A DNA stretch of 64,000 nucleotides from Caloramator sp. mosi_1. GTDB taxonomy: Bacteria > Bacillota > Clostridia > Clostridiales > Caloramatoraceae. The stretch spans positions 1,658,820 through 1,722,819 of the forward strand of contig NZ_CP117677.1 of the NCBI RefSeq assembly GCF_028622835.1, in the 5' to 3' direction. The notes beneath the pieces were generated by a model. That model was given only the letters and a program-made list of their open reading frames with translations. It was not told the DNA's origin and did not search any database. The stretch's first letter is position 1. Each line of letters starts with the position of its first letter. Position numbers and translations under genes: made by a program. Positions 33,959 through 47,366 of the stretch are shown here, piece after piece.

Positions 33959-35003
33959 ATGCCTGCTGCTGTAAATTATGAAGCTATTAATGCAAAGATA
34001 CATTCTATTTTAGGAAGAAGATTAAAAGTGGAAGATTATAAAAGATTATTGTCCTTTACTTCCGTCAACGAAATTGCATTATATCTTAGTAAAAATACTG
34101 ATTACAGTAAATATATATCAAATGAAAATATTAATTCAATTCATCGAGACGAGTTGGAGAAAAAATTAAAGATGATGTTAATCTACTATATAGATAAGTT
34201 TGATAATTATTTTAGCGGTGAGTATAGGGACTTTTTATGACATTTTATCTTAAATATGAGATTTACGACTTAAAAAGGCTTGCAAGGCTAATACATATTG
34301 AAGGAGAATTACACTCGTTAAGAGAATATTTGGTATTTGTAGATTATTATAAGAACATAAATGTAGATAATATTGTAAAAGCAAAATCAATTTCTGATTT
34401 AATAGAGTTATTAAAGGATTCTATATATTATCCATATCTAAGAAATTTATTAGATGGAAATAAAGAAGAAAATTTATTTAGATTTGAGATGGTATTGGAT
34501 AAAGCATATTTTGCAATTTTATTAAATAAAATAAATAAGTTGTCTAAAAAGGATAAAAAGGCATTCTTTGATGTTTTCAACTCCATTATTGATATGACTA
34601 ATATTCAGTGGATATACAGAGGAAAAAAATTTTATAATATGTATCCTGATGAATTGTTTAACTACACAATATCTGGTGCAGGAAAGCTTAATTATAAGAT
34701 TATTAAGGAATTTTGTTATTCAAAAACTATTGAGGACTTGGAGGAAAAAATAAAACTTACACCATACTTTTTATGGTAAAAGGAGATGATATGCAGGATA
34801 TATATATGGAAAGACGTATGAACAGATATACATATTACAAGCTAATAGGTATATTAAGAAAAAATAAAAGGGATATTTCTAATATACTGGCTTTAATGCA
34901 GTTAATTGAATATGAGATAAGAGATATAGTTTCTATTACGGAAATGGTTAGGTATGAAATAGATTATAACCAATCAAATAACTTTTTAATTAAGGCTGTT
35001 TAG
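33959..35003 (+). CDS. ntpC: V-type ATPase subunit C (V0 d-like), three frame pieces
   Basis: About 348 aa combined; size and position in the operon. Confidence 0.6.
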
Positions 35004-35018
35004 CTGTGGGGTGGTTTT

Positions 35019-36965
35019 ATGGCAGTTGCCAAGATGGAGTTTATTAATATTATTGGTCATATGGATAGTTTGGAGGATGTAGCAAAAAGAATTGTTCTAT
35101 CGGAGTCAATACATTTTGTAAATGCTATGTCTGAAATTAATGAAAATAATTTTCCTATACTGCAAGCAAAGGATGAAGTAGATGCGGTTATTGGTTTTAA
35201 TTATATTAAGCAGTATCAGTCGAATTTAGATTTAAACGAGATAAGTAAGATTTATGATGAATTATGTAATATGTTTGAAATTAGAAAAAATATAATAGAA
35301 AAGTTGTAGAGCAGGACTATGTGTTTTTAGATGATATAAATAAACTTAAGAGGATTTATGAAGAGGTAAGCGAAGAAAATAGGACGCTTTATAGACTGCA
35401 GGATGAATATAAAGAGATTGAAGAAATTGAATGCTATATAACAAGAATTAAAAATGTAGAGGTTAATTTAGATGATTTGTTTAATTTAAAGTATATTGAT
35501 TTTATTATGGGTAAGATTTCAAATTATAATATGGAAAAGTTAAAAAGAATTATGAAAATATACCTGCAATTGTATTAAAGCTTGATAAAAATCAAGATTA
35601 TTCAATGATTATGGTGTTTGTACCAAAGGTTGTTGAGTTAGAAGTAAGAAGGGTATTAAATTCTTTAGAGTTTGATGAATTAAAATTTGATTTCAAATTT
35701 CGAGGTAGTCCGAATCAATGGATAAATGATATACAAGTTAGAAAAAGACAAATCGAAAGGGAAATTGCAGTAATAAAAAATAAAATAAAAGAGTTTAAAA
35801 AGAATATGTAAATTTTATAGAAGTTTTTTATTCTAAACTTCAAATGCAATTTAAGATAGAAGAAATTAAATCTAATATGGGTTGTACAAATGAATTCTTT
35901 TATATGAGTGGGTGGATACCCAGCTTTAAAAAGAAGGCTTTGTCAAGAAGGCTTGGGGATTTTGAAAATAAATTAATTATAATTTACAAAGAACATAAAA
36001 ACTTGAGAGAAGGATTAGAGCCACCTACTTGTATATATAATGGTTTTCTATTACGTCCCTTTGAGTCGGTTGTTAAACTTTATGGAGTGCCATCCTATAA
36101 TGAATTGGACCCAACTGCCTTTGTAGGATTAAGCTATATGTTTTTATTTGGAGCTATGTTTGGTGATGTAGGACAAGGACTCGTACTTTTAATAATAGGA
36201 TTAATTTTAGAAAAGAAAAAGTCTAGACCTAACTTAGGAGGAGTTCTTGCAAGGCTTGGTATTAGTTCTACAATTTTTGGATTTTTATATGGCAGTGTAT
36301 TTGGGTTTGAAGATATTATTGGGGCACTTTTAGTAAGACCTATGGCCAGCATAGATAAGGTTTTGATTTGGGCAGTAGGTATAGGAGTTTTCTTGCTGAG
36401 TGTAGGATTTGTATATAATTTGGTTAATTGTTTTAGGAAAAGGGATATAGAAAATGGACTATTTAGTAGAAATGGACTGGCAGGTCTATTCTTTTATTGG
36501 CTTCTTCTATATTTGGTTGTTTCAAAGGTATCTGGTTTTAAAACAATTATACCAAGTTCTTTAATAACTTTGATTCTTGTTGTGCTTTTGTTATTAATGT
36601 TATTTAAGGAACCTTTAACTAATTTAATAAAGGGAGAAGAAAAATTATATAGTGAGTCTAAATCAGATTATTATATTGAAGGTGGATTTGGTGTACTTGA
36701 GACACTGCTTAGTATGTTGAGTAATACTCTTTCTTTTATTAGAGTTGGGGCCTTTGCGATAAATCACGTAGGGCTTTTTATAGCCTTTGAGACACTTGCT
36801 AAAATGATGGGTAATGAACTTGAAAGTATTTTAATGATTATTTTTGGAAATGTAGTGATTATTGGATTAGAAGGTTTGATTGTGTTTATTCAAGGTCTTA
36901 GGCTTGAGTATTATGAGTTATTTAGTAAATTTTTAGTGGAACAGGATATGAATATAATCCAGTAA
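35019..36965 (+). CDS. ntpI: V-type ATPase subunit I (V0 a), four frame pieces
   Basis: N-terminal soluble coiled-coil region plus C-terminal multi-TM region ('RVGAFAINHVGLFIAFE'). Confidence 0.8.
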
Positions 36966-36990
36966 AACTTTAAAAAGGGGAGGAATTTAT

Positions 36991-37407
36991 ATGTACTTTT
37001 TTGGTATTAGCTGTTTCAATAGTTGTTTTAACAATTTCAAATGGGGTTGTAAAACTTTTTAAAGGAGAGAGAACAAACTCCTTAGGTGTAAAAAAGCAAT
37101 AAAGATGAACATACTTTCTTTTGTACCTGTCTTAACAGGACTTATTATAACTATGATTCCACAGGTCGCACACGCTGCAGGAACTAATAACCCTTCTGCA
37201 GGCATTGGATTTTTAGCAGCTGGATTAAGTACAGGCCTTGCAGCAATTGGTGCTGGTTATGCAGTAGGTTCTGTTGGTTCTTCTGCCCTTGGTGCAGTTT
37301 CTGAAGACCCTAAAATATTAGGAAAAACGCTTATATTTGTTGGACTTGCAGAAGGTATTGCAATTTATGGGCTTATAATTTCAATTATGATATTGGGTAG
37401 ATTATAG
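36991..37407 (+). CDS. ntpK: V-type ATPase proteolipid subunit K (one A-run deletion at ~37074)
   Basis: 'GIGFLAAGLSTGLAAIGAGYAVGSVGSSALGAVSEDP...LAEGIAIYGLIISIMIL'. Confidence 0.85.
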
Positions 37408-37418
37408 GAAGTGGTCTT

Positions 37419-37690
37419 ATGGTTATATATCTTATATCGGATAATAGAGATACATTAGTAGGGTTAAGACTTGCAGGGATAAAGGGAAAGGTAGTCCACG
37501 AAAAAATGAAGCTAAGGAAGTTTTAAACAAAGTTCTACAGGATAAAAACATAGGAATAATCGCTGTTACGGAAAAAGTAGCAGAACTGATAAAGGATGAA
37601 ATTACGGAAATAAAGTTAAAAAACCTTATCCACTTATTGTAGAGATACCTGATAGACACGGATCTAAAAAGGAAATGATTATATTTTAAA
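37419..37690 (+). CDS. V-type ATPase subunit F (frameshifted in A-runs)
   Basis: 'IYLISDNRDTLVGLRLAGIKG' and 'PLIVEIPDRHG'. Confidence 0.75.
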
Positions 37691-37735
37691 CTATGTTAGA
37701 AATTCTGTAGGTATAAAGGTTTGAGGTGGTTTTTT

Positions 37736-38326
37736 ATGATAACTATTGAAGAAAAATTAAATCTTTTTACTAAGTTAGTATATGAGAAGGTAGAAAAGGA
37801 GAATAGCATTGTTATTAGACAGTTTGAAGAAGAGTATGGAAAAATTTTAGAAGAAAAAAGAGGGAGTTTGAGGAAAAGGCAAATGAAATAGAGCAAAAAT
37901 ATACAGGGACATTGAAATAAAGAGGACTCAGACCTTATCTAAGGCACATATCAAGGGAAAAAGAATTGTATTAGAAAGAAAAATGTAATTTATAACAAAG
38001 CTATAGAGGATTTAGTTTGTTACATTAAGGAGCTTAAGAATGAGAAGGAGTATAAACAATATTTTGCAGATAAACTCAATAGTTTAATAAAAATTAATAA
38101 TATAGAAGATGCATATTTGATAATAAGTACTCAGGATTGGAGGCTTTGGGGTACAGAAATAGATGATAAGGTAAGTAAAGTATTAAAAGTAGAATTTGAT
38201 GAAAGTTTAGATGGAGGCTTTGTATTAATCGATATGAAAAATAATTTAAAATATGATTTTTCAATTACAAACATAGTAGATGAAAACAGAGAAAAAATCG
38301 GAGAAACATTATTTGCTATGCTATAG
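37736..38326 (+). CDS. ntpE: V-type ATPase subunit E (frameshifted)
   Basis: ~197 aa with N-terminal coiled coil; 'LDGGFVLIDMKNNLKYDFSITNIV' in the C-terminal domain. Confidence 0.7.
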
Positions 38327-38337
38327 GTGGTGGTAAA

Positions 38338-40100
38338 ATGGAGGGTTTTGAAGGTAGAGTTGTTTATGTAAATGGACCTGTTGTAAAGGCAAAGAATATG
38401 AAGAGCTTTAAAATGAGGGAAATGGTTACAGTAGGAGAAAAGAAGTTAATAGGAGAAGTTATTTCTATTGATGAGGATTTAGGTACAATACAAGTTTATG
38501 AAGAAACAACAGGAATAAAAATAGGTGATGTAGTTGTATCAACACAAAAACCCTTATCGGTTACATTAGGTCCTGGAATTGTTGGTAATATTTTTGATGG
38601 AATACAGAGACCTTTAAATATTATATTTGATAAATCAGGTAATTTTATTAAAGAGGGAATAGGCCTTGCAACTATTGATAAGACGAAAAAATGGTATGTA
38701 CAATTAATGGTTAAGGTTGGAGATGAACTTAATGAAGGAGATATATTTGGTGTTGTAGATGAAACGCCTCTGGTTAAACATTATTTAATGGTTCCACCCA
38801 ATATACAAGGTAAAGTAGTAGAGGTTAAACAGGATGGTGAGTATGATTTAGATACGATTTTAGTAAAATTAGACAATGGTTTTCAGCTAAGAATGTATCA
38901 GGAATGGCCAGTTAGAATTCCAAGACCAGTTAAAGAGAGACTTCCAATACAAAACCACTTATAACAGGGCAAAGGGTAATTGATACATTTTTCCCTATAG
39001 CAAAGGGAGGTACAGCTGCTATACCAGGTGGTTTTGGAACAGGGAAAACAATGACTCAGCATCAGCTTGCTAAATGGTCTGATGCGGATATTATTGTGTA
39101 TATAGGATGTGGCGAACGTGGAAATGAGATGACGGAGGTTTTGGAGGATTTTCCAAAACTTATTGACCCATCATCAAATTTGCCTTTGATGAATAGAACA
39201 ATACTTATTGCTAATACGTCAAATATGCCTGTTGCGGCAAGAGAAGCATCTATATATACAGGGATAACGATAGCTGAATATTTTAGAGATATGGGTTATA
39301 ATGTGGCTGTTATGGCAGATTCCACATCAAGATGGGCAGAGGCTCTAAGAGAAATATCTGGTAGACTTGAGGAGATGCCAGCGGAAGAAGGTTATCCTGC
39401 ATATCTACCTTCAAGGTTGGCAGAATTTTATGAAAGGGCAGGGTATGTAAAAACTCTGAATGATAAAGAAGCCTCTGTTACTATAATCGGAGCAGTATCT
39501 CCAGCAGGAGGAGATTTTTCAGAACCTGTTACACAAAATACTAAGCGTTTTGTCAGTGCGTTTTTAGGGTTGGATAGAAAGCTTGCCTATTCAAGGCACT
39601 ATCCTGCTATAAATTGGCTTTCAAGCTATAGTGGATATATTACACAGCTTGAGGATTGGTATAAGCAAAATGTTGCAGAGGATATGATATTTTTAAGGGG
39701 AGAAATGATGAAGATTTTACAAGAAGAAAGTAAGCTACAGGAAACAGTTAAATTAGTAGGGGAAGATGTTCTGCCAGATCAACAAAGATTAATACTTGAA
39801 ATTGCAAGACTTTTAAAGGTAGGTTATTTACAACAGAATGCCTATCATAAAGAAGATACATTTGTTCCTTTAAATAAACAGTATTTGATGCTTAAAGTGA
39901 TTGATAATTTTTATAAGTTAGCAAAGGAAGCTGTTAAAGTTGGAGTTCCTATATCTGTAATTAAGACAAGTGATTTGTTTTATAAAATAATTAAAATGAA
40001 ATATGAAATACCAAGTGACTTTGGAAGGTCTTTTGATGAGCTGATGAATGATATAAGTGAGTATTTCTCTAATTTAATAAGAGAATATGAGGGTGATTAG
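38338..40100 (+). CDS. ntpA: V-type ATPase catalytic subunit A (one shift near 38960)
   Basis: P-loop 'GGFGTGKT' and '[10 protein letters not shown]'. Confidence 0.9.
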
Positions 40101-40101
40101 T

Positions 40102-41468
40102 ATGCATAAGGAATATATGAGTTTAAAAAAATAGAAGGCCCTCTTATTGTAATAGAAGGGGTTGAGGGTGTATCCTATAACGAAATGGTTGAAATAAAGG
40201 TACAGGGTAAAACTAAACACGGAAAGGTTGTACAGTTAAATAACCATATTGCAGTAGTTCAGGTTTTTGAAAACACTTCTGGTATGTCTGTAAATGATAT
40301 TTCCATTAAGTTCACAGGTAAACCTCTTGAAATTAAACTTTCAAGGGAGATATTAGGTAGAATGTTTAATGGAATAGGTCAGCCAATAGATGGAGGTGGA
40401 CCTGTTTTTAGTGGAGTTAAACTTGACGTAAATGGAAGTCCTATAAATCCTGTTGCGAGAAGATACCCAAGAAATTATATTCAAACAGGTATTTCAGCAA
40501 TAGATACACTTACTACCTTAATAAGAGGTCAAAAGCTGCCCATATTTTCAGGTAATGGATTACCTCATAATGAGATAGCTGCCCAGATTGTAAAACAGGC
40601 AAAGGTTGCAGAAGGTGAAGGTGAATTTGCAGTTGTATTTGCAGCAATGGGAATAAAGCACGATGATGCCCATTATTTTATAAAAACATTTCAAGATGCA
40701 GGGGTTTTAGATAAGGTAGTTATGTTTATGAATTTAGCAGATGACCCTGTAGTTGAGAGAATTGTTACCCCAAGATGTGCTTTAACTGCGGCAGAATATT
40801 TAGCCTTCTATGAGAATATGCATATATTAGTTATTATGACAGATATTACGAGTTATTGCGAAGCATTAAGAGAAATATCGGCTGCAAGGGAAGAAGTTCC
40901 AGGAAGAAAGGGTTACCCTGGATATCTATATTCAGACTTAGCAAGTTTATATGAAAGAGCTGGTATGGTTGAGGGTTCTAAAGGCTCAATTACTCAGATA
41001 CCTATATTGACTATGCCAAATGATGATATAACACATCCTATACCAGATTTGACTGGCTATATTACAGAAGGTCAGATAGTTTTAAGCAGGGAGATATATC
41101 AAAGAAATATCTATCCACCTATAAATATACTTCCATCCCTCTCGAGACTTATGAAGGATGGAATAGGTAAAGGATATACACGTGAAGATCATCCTGATGT
41201 AGCTAATCAGTTATTTTCATCCTATTCGAGAGTACAGGAGGTTAAAGCGTTATCTCAGGTTATAGGAGAAGATGAATTGTCTGAGCTTGATAAAAAATAT
41301 TTAGAGTTTGGAAATACATTTGAATATAGTTTTTTAAAACAAGGATTTGATGAAGAAAGAGATATAAATAGGAGCTTGGAAATTGCTTGGGATATATTAT
41401 CTATACTCCCTAAAAATGAATTAGATAGAATTAACCCCAAATTTGTTGATGAGTTTTATAGAGGGTGA
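40102..41468 (+). CDS. ntpB: V-type ATPase subunit B (A-run deletion at ~40125)
   Basis: '[22 protein letters not shown]', '[33 protein letters not shown]'. Confidence 0.9.
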
Positions 41469-41472
41469 TTAA

Positions 41473-42080
41473 ATGGAAAATATTGCACCAACAAAATCTA
41501 ATCTTATGAGTGCAAAGGCAACATTGGAATTTTCAAAGAAGGGTTATGAACTATTAGACCAAAAGAGAAATGTGCTTATTAGAGAGATGATGGGATATGT
41601 AGATAAAGCTAAGGAAATCCAGGAGAAGATAAACAGGAAGTTTGAGGAGGCCTATGAGGCACTTAGAATGGCAAATATCACAATAGGTGTTTCTACAGTT
41701 GAAGAAATTTGCCAGACTGTACCTGAAAATGGACAATTTAGTTTACTGTTTAAAAGTGTAATGGGAGTTGAAGTACCTATAGTTAGATATTACAAAAACT
41801 TTAGGGAACCTACCTATAGTTTTTATCAGACTAATACAGCAATGGATATAGCCTTTATAAAATTTTCAGAAATAAAGTACTTAATAATGGAATATGCTGA
41901 AGTTGAAAATGCAGTATTTAAGCTTGCAATGGAGATAAAAAGACTCAAAAGAGAGCTAATGCTCTTGAAAATATACAGATTCCTAAATATGAAGAGATTG
42001 TAAAATACATTCAGGATGTATTAGATGAAAAGGATAGAGAGGACTTCTTTAGACTTAAGGTTGTAAAAAGAAAAGTTTAA
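41473..42080 (+). CDS. ntpD: V-type ATPase subunit D (frameshifted near 41990)
   Basis: 'MENIAPTKSNLMSAKATLEFSKKGYELLDQKRNVLIREM'. Confidence 0.85.
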
Positions 42081-42098
42081 GAAAGAAGAGTAAGCCAT

Positions 42099-42132
42099 AA
42101 AAAGGATAGTTAAGATAAACTATCCTTTTTTT
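42099..42132 (+). terminator. Rho-independent terminator of the V-ATPase operon
   Basis: 'aaaaaggatagtt aagataa actatccttttttt'. Confidence 0.75.
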
Positions 42133-42228
42133 ATGACAAATGTCATTAATAAAGGTTATTATGGTAACTAACAAATAAAAGCAATTTATAATAAACTTAT
42201 TATAGATAAAAATAGAAAGGGGATAATT

Positions 42229-43162
42229 ATGATGATTGTTGAAGTTGAAAATTTAGTTAAAAGGTATAAGGATGTTTTAGCTTTAGATAATGTAAGTTTT
42301 AGTATTAAAGAGGGGAGATATTTGGATTTTTAGGTCCAAATGGTGCAGGAAAAACAACGACAATTAATGTACTTTTAGGTTTAATAGGTTATGATTCAGG
42401 CAATATAAAAATATTTGGAAAGAATTTAAAGGATAATGAAGATGAAATAAAGAAAAATATTGGAATAGTCCCGCAGGATATTGCCTTATATGAAGATTTA
42501 ACTGTATTAGAAAATATTAAATTTTTGCAGGGCTTTATGGATTAAAAAAAGAAGAATTAAAAAATGCAATATATGATACATTAGAATTCACTGAACTAAT
42601 GGATAAAAAAATTTACTTGTGAAAAAACTATCTGGTGGCATAAGAAGAAGGGTTAATATTGCATGTGGCATTGTTCATAAACCAAAACTCATAATTATGG
42701 ATGAGCCTACAGTAGGAATAGATGCACAGTCAAGGAACCATATTTTAAATTCAATAAAAAACTAAATAAAATGGGAGCAACTGTTATTTATACATCCCAC
42801 TATATGCAGGAAATAGAAGAAATATGTTCATATGTTGCTATTATTGATAAAGGTAGGATAATTGCAAAAGGCACTAAGGAAGAATTGAAATCTCTTATTA
42901 CTAAAGATGAGAAGTTAGTTATAGAGGTATCAAATATAAATTATTCGATGATTGATGATATTAAAGGAATTAAAGGTATAATTGCTTGTGATATAAAAGA
43001 AAATTTTATTTATATAGTTGAAAAAAAGGAACAAATAATCTAACTTCTATAATTGACAAGATATTAAATAATGGTGGAGAGATAATATCTATAACCAGTG
43101 AAAAGCCAACATTAGAGGGAGTTTTTTAACCTTAACAGGAAAAAGTTTAAGGGATTAGGGGT
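42229..43162 (+). CDS. ABC transporter ATP-binding protein (ABC-2/NatA-like), frameshifted
   Basis: Walker A 'GPNGAGKTT', signature 'LSGGIRRR', Walker B 'IIMDEPT', C-terminal '...[13 protein letters not shown]'. Confidence 0.85.
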
Positions 43163-43168
43163 GATAAA

Positions 43169-44310
43169 ATGATTTCTTTTAATATCGCTTATTATAAATT
43201 TATAAGAAATTGGAGAAATAAAACTAATTTAATGCTTCTTTTCTTTTTCCCATTTTAATAATTTATATATTGGGTAATGCATTAGGAGGAATGTTTTCAG
43301 GTAGTACGCTGAACTATAAAAAATTAGAAGTTGCTTTTTAAATAAAGATAGTGGCGAGATTTCAAAGAAATTTGAAGATTATTTAGAAATTGAAGAAATA
43401 AAAAATTTATTAATGTAACTAAAATGGAGGATATAGGTAAGGCGGAAGAATTATTAAAGAGAGGAAAATTTGCATCAATTATTGTAATTGAAGATGGTTA
43501 TACAGATAAGATAAAAAAGGTGAAAAAGCAGATATAAATTTAATAGAAAACAATATAAAGATTTATAATACTTTTATTGTAAAGGCTATAGTTCAATCCT
43601 ATGTAAATGGTATGAATATAAATAAAGCAGTGTATGAAGTCAAAAAGCAATTTGTTAAATATGAAAATATTAAATCAATTGAAAGTATAGGACTTTCTAA
43701 AGATAATAAATCTCCCAGGGCAATTGATTACTATTCTGTAACAATGATTATAATGACAATTATGTATGGGTCAATAATTGGATACTACTCAATAGGAGAG
43801 GGGTACTTTAGTAGAACAATTCAGAGATTTAAGGTTGCAGGTATAAAAATTACCAAATATATATAGGAACATTATTAGGGGATTTGTTTTGGTTATTTGT
43901 TGATTCTATAATAATAATAATAATAACAAAATTCTTTTATGAGGTAAATTGGGGAAGCAATTATTTAATATTAGCAGTAATAATATTATTAACTTGTATA
44001 TTGGCATTAAGTATGGGAATTACAGTCTATATGTTAGTGAATAATTTTAAAGTTGCAGATGCCTTATTAAATATTTTAGTTATTTATTTTACATTTATAA
44101 GTGGAGGATATGTTAGGATTATTGATAGCTCAGGTACAATATTGGAGAAACTACAATATACTTCACCGAATTTTTGCTCAACGTGCAATATTTAACCTAA
44201 TATATGGAGATGGTTTAACTGAAACTTTTAAATTTATATATATCTTAATAATATTGATATGTATGATGTTTTTATTATCAGGTTTATTTGCAAGGAGGCG
44301 AGCAATTTGA
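43169..44310 (+). CDS. ABC-2-type transporter permease 1 (frameshifted)
   Basis: N-terminal TM, large extracytoplasmic loop, then 5 TM; follows the ATPase. Confidence 0.65.
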
Positions 44311-45396
44311 TTATATTTAAAAACAATATAATGAGAATTTTTAAGGATAGAGCAAACTTTATTTTTATGGTAATGATACCAATCATAATAATAATATTTA
44401 TATTGATATTTTCTGTAGGTGAAGATAGGTTTAATTTAGGGTTAGCTGATAATGATAAAACTTTTTTAACTAATTATATAATAAAATCCTTTGATGATAA
44501 AGTTAATATAATATATGCAGATGAGAATCAAATAAAAAATCTAATTGTTTCTGAGAAGATAGATTATTCATTGGTAATAGAAAAGGGAACAACAAATAAA
44601 ATTATTAATGGAGAAGTACCTAAGATAAAGACATATAGGTTGAAGGACAGTGAGGCTACAATTTTATTTGAGAATTATATAAATACAATAGTTAGTGATT
44701 TATATAATATTGGAAAAACTGTAAATGGAGATATTGATGAATATAAAAATATATTTAAAATATATACTCAAAAAAATATGGAATTAATTATAACGTTATA
44801 TCAGGATTAAATTTTAATGTTATATTAAGCAGTTTGGGTCTTTTTACATTTTTGATGTTGATTTTAGGAACAACTACCTCAAAGTTGATATTAGATGATA
44901 AAAGATATAAAGTATACTATAGAGTTTTTGCTGCTCCAGTAAATCAAAAAATTATATGATACAAAATATTTTAAGTTCTTATATAGTAATAGCCCTACAG
45001 ACAACAGTGGTATTTCTTATAATAAATAAAATATTCAATTTTAATTTCAATAATATTTTAATTAATCTTTATATATTATTTTTATTATTCTCTATTTTTT
45101 CTGTGGCACTTGGCATTTCAATTTCAAATATTTCAAAGGATAGAATACAGTTTGGATATTTAACTAATCTAATAATAGTTCCGATGTGTATGCTTGGTGG
45201 ATGTTATTGGCCTCAAGATTTTATGCCAGAATATTTGCGAAATATATCTAATTTAGTACCTACGTCTTGGTTTATGAAGGCAGTAGAAAAAATAGTTTTT
45301 GGAACAGAATTAAATGGAGTTTATAAGGAAATATCAATAATAATTTTATTTACTATTATATTCTTTTTAATTGGAATCAGTAAAAAGTTGATATAA
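44306..45396 (+). CDS. ABC-2-type transporter permease 2 (frameshifted; TTG start overlapping the upstream stop)
   Basis: Paralogous architecture to permease 1. Confidence 0.6.
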
Positions 45397-45486
45397 GTAA
45401 ATAAGTTTAAAAGCATGAACAATTTAGAATTTTTTTAAAGTTGTTCATGCTTTTTATGGTATAATATAAATAAAAAGAGGTTTTAT

Positions 45487-45690
45487 ATGGATAGGATTTA
45501 CAGAATTATACTTTTAATTTGTATTTTAGTTAAGTGTATAGATATTAGGCTATCTTATTTTATAGTAGCAGCACTTTTGTGTTTAGTTGCATCAAATATA
45601 TTTAGATTAAAATTTAAAAATACTATATTACTTATGATTTTTGAAGGATTATTAGTAATTTATTTATATAGCCAAGAAAAGTTTTTTTAA
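45487..45690 (+). CDS. Small two-TM membrane protein (67 aa), unknown function
   Basis: Two hydrophobic segments; RBS 'aaagagg'; ends exactly at the IS1380-like boundary. Confidence 0.4.
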   Translation: MDRIYRIILLICILVKCIDIRLSYFIVAALLCLVASNIFRLKFKNTILLMIFEGLLVIYLYSQEKFF

Positions 45691-47366
45691 CTTGAATTCG
45701 GCAAGTAAATTTTAAAAAAGTTTCTACTTGCCATTTTTGTTTTCTTTATGAATAAATTTACATTTATTATGATATTTTATACCGTTAGGTCTTTTTTGAG
45801 TATACTTAATAAACCCAAATAACATTTGGATTTTTAAGGGAATTTATTGTTTTTATTTTACTATTAAGTATAAACTGTTATCATTTTTCTACTAAAAATA
45901 TGTATTTGTTTTTGAATATGAGTAATGATTTTTTCTAATAAGCAATTATTTGAAAAACTTAAATATCTATAATATTTGCTGCCGCAAACATTACCACAAA
46001 CTCTATAAAATATTCTTCTTAATGTACTAATTTCATGATGTTGTACTTCCTTAGGCATGATTGCTTGTTTAAACCAGTTATGAATGTTATATGCTATCAT
46101 TTTTATTAAAAGGTACAATTCATTGCATTTATGATTTACTAAACTATTTTCGCTAAAGGCATAGCCTTCTTTTATTTCATCTATATTATTTTCAACATCA
46201 CATCGTTGATTATAATCTTGAAATATTTCTTCAGGTGTTAAATAATTTATATTTGTTACTATTGCTTGATATTTATATTTACATTCTTCGAACATTAACT
46301 GATTCATATTTTTGGAATAATTTTTTCTCTTATAATCACAAATCTTCTTGCTCTTTGCCATTTAGGCAATGGAACTGTAATTTCTGTAACAGATAAAGTA
46401 GAACTTATATCGTGCCATATATAATCCTTTGGATTATTATTTATAAAATCTATTATCATTTTAACAGTAGAATACATTTTACATTTAACAACATATTCTA
46501 TTCCATTATCTTCAAAATATAAAAAGTTTTCTTCATCAAAAACCTCTATCAAGTCTAACTCTTTTAAGAATATATCTTGAAGGAAGCTGGTTTACACAAC
46601 TCTTAAAGAAATCTAAAAATTTATAATTACTATGGTGTCTACCATTTTCAAGAGTAATGTTAAGTAATTCATCAGTTCCTGAAATAAACCCAACTTTTTC
46701 TTTAAATGATGGTCTTCCATTGTACCTTGGATTATATCCTATTCCTGATTTTTCTTGATTACCAAAGATAGTTATAACAGTATCATCAATATTAATACAA
46801 ACCTCGCGTACATCTTCAGTTGAAGACTTTAAGTCAAGTATTTTTTATTTATAGTTCTTAATTCTTCTAAAGTTTCTGTTGGTAAAGCTTTTAAGAGATC
46901 TCTACATACTTTTTCACTGGGTAATTTATCTACACCTTTAAACTTTTTATATCCTTCATCATTTCTTAATGTTTCAATGTGCATAAATCTTGAGAAACCA
47001 AGAATATTTGCATCAATCATGTATTCTATAATTTCTGCAGTATTAAAAGTAGAATTAGCGGCCTTCTTATAGGTTACGCCTTTTTCTAAAATAGTTGGTA
47101 ATCCTATTATTTGTTTAAAGGATTCCACATAAGAAAAAGTTGCTACAGAAGTAACTTTGGTATCATTAAATTTTGCTTTCATGTTCAAAAATCTAATTTT
47201 CTTCTTTAAATTTTTTGATTTTGTTGTAAACTATCCATAGAAATCACCCTTTTGTGTTTTAGTTTTGCAATTATATTTTAACACTTAAAAGGGATGATTT
47301 CTTTTAATTTTTTGAACAAAAATCCTTTAATTCCAATGTCTTTCGGCATTACTTGCCGAATACAAG
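45691..47366 (-). mobile_element. IS1380-family-like insertion sequence (~1.68 kb) with 18-bp IRs 'cttgaattcggcaagtaa' and 'ttacttgccgaatacaag'
   Basis: Terminal inverted repeats with 17/18 match; internal transposase-like ORFs on the minus strand. Confidence 0.65.
45864..47188 (-). pseudogene. IS1380-family DDE transposase, split into at least three frame pieces
   Basis: C-terminus 'YNQRCDVENNIDEIKEGYAFSE...LIKMIAYNIHNWFK' and N-terminus '...KLPSEKVCRDLLKALPTETLEEL' typical of the IS1380 family. Confidence 0.6.
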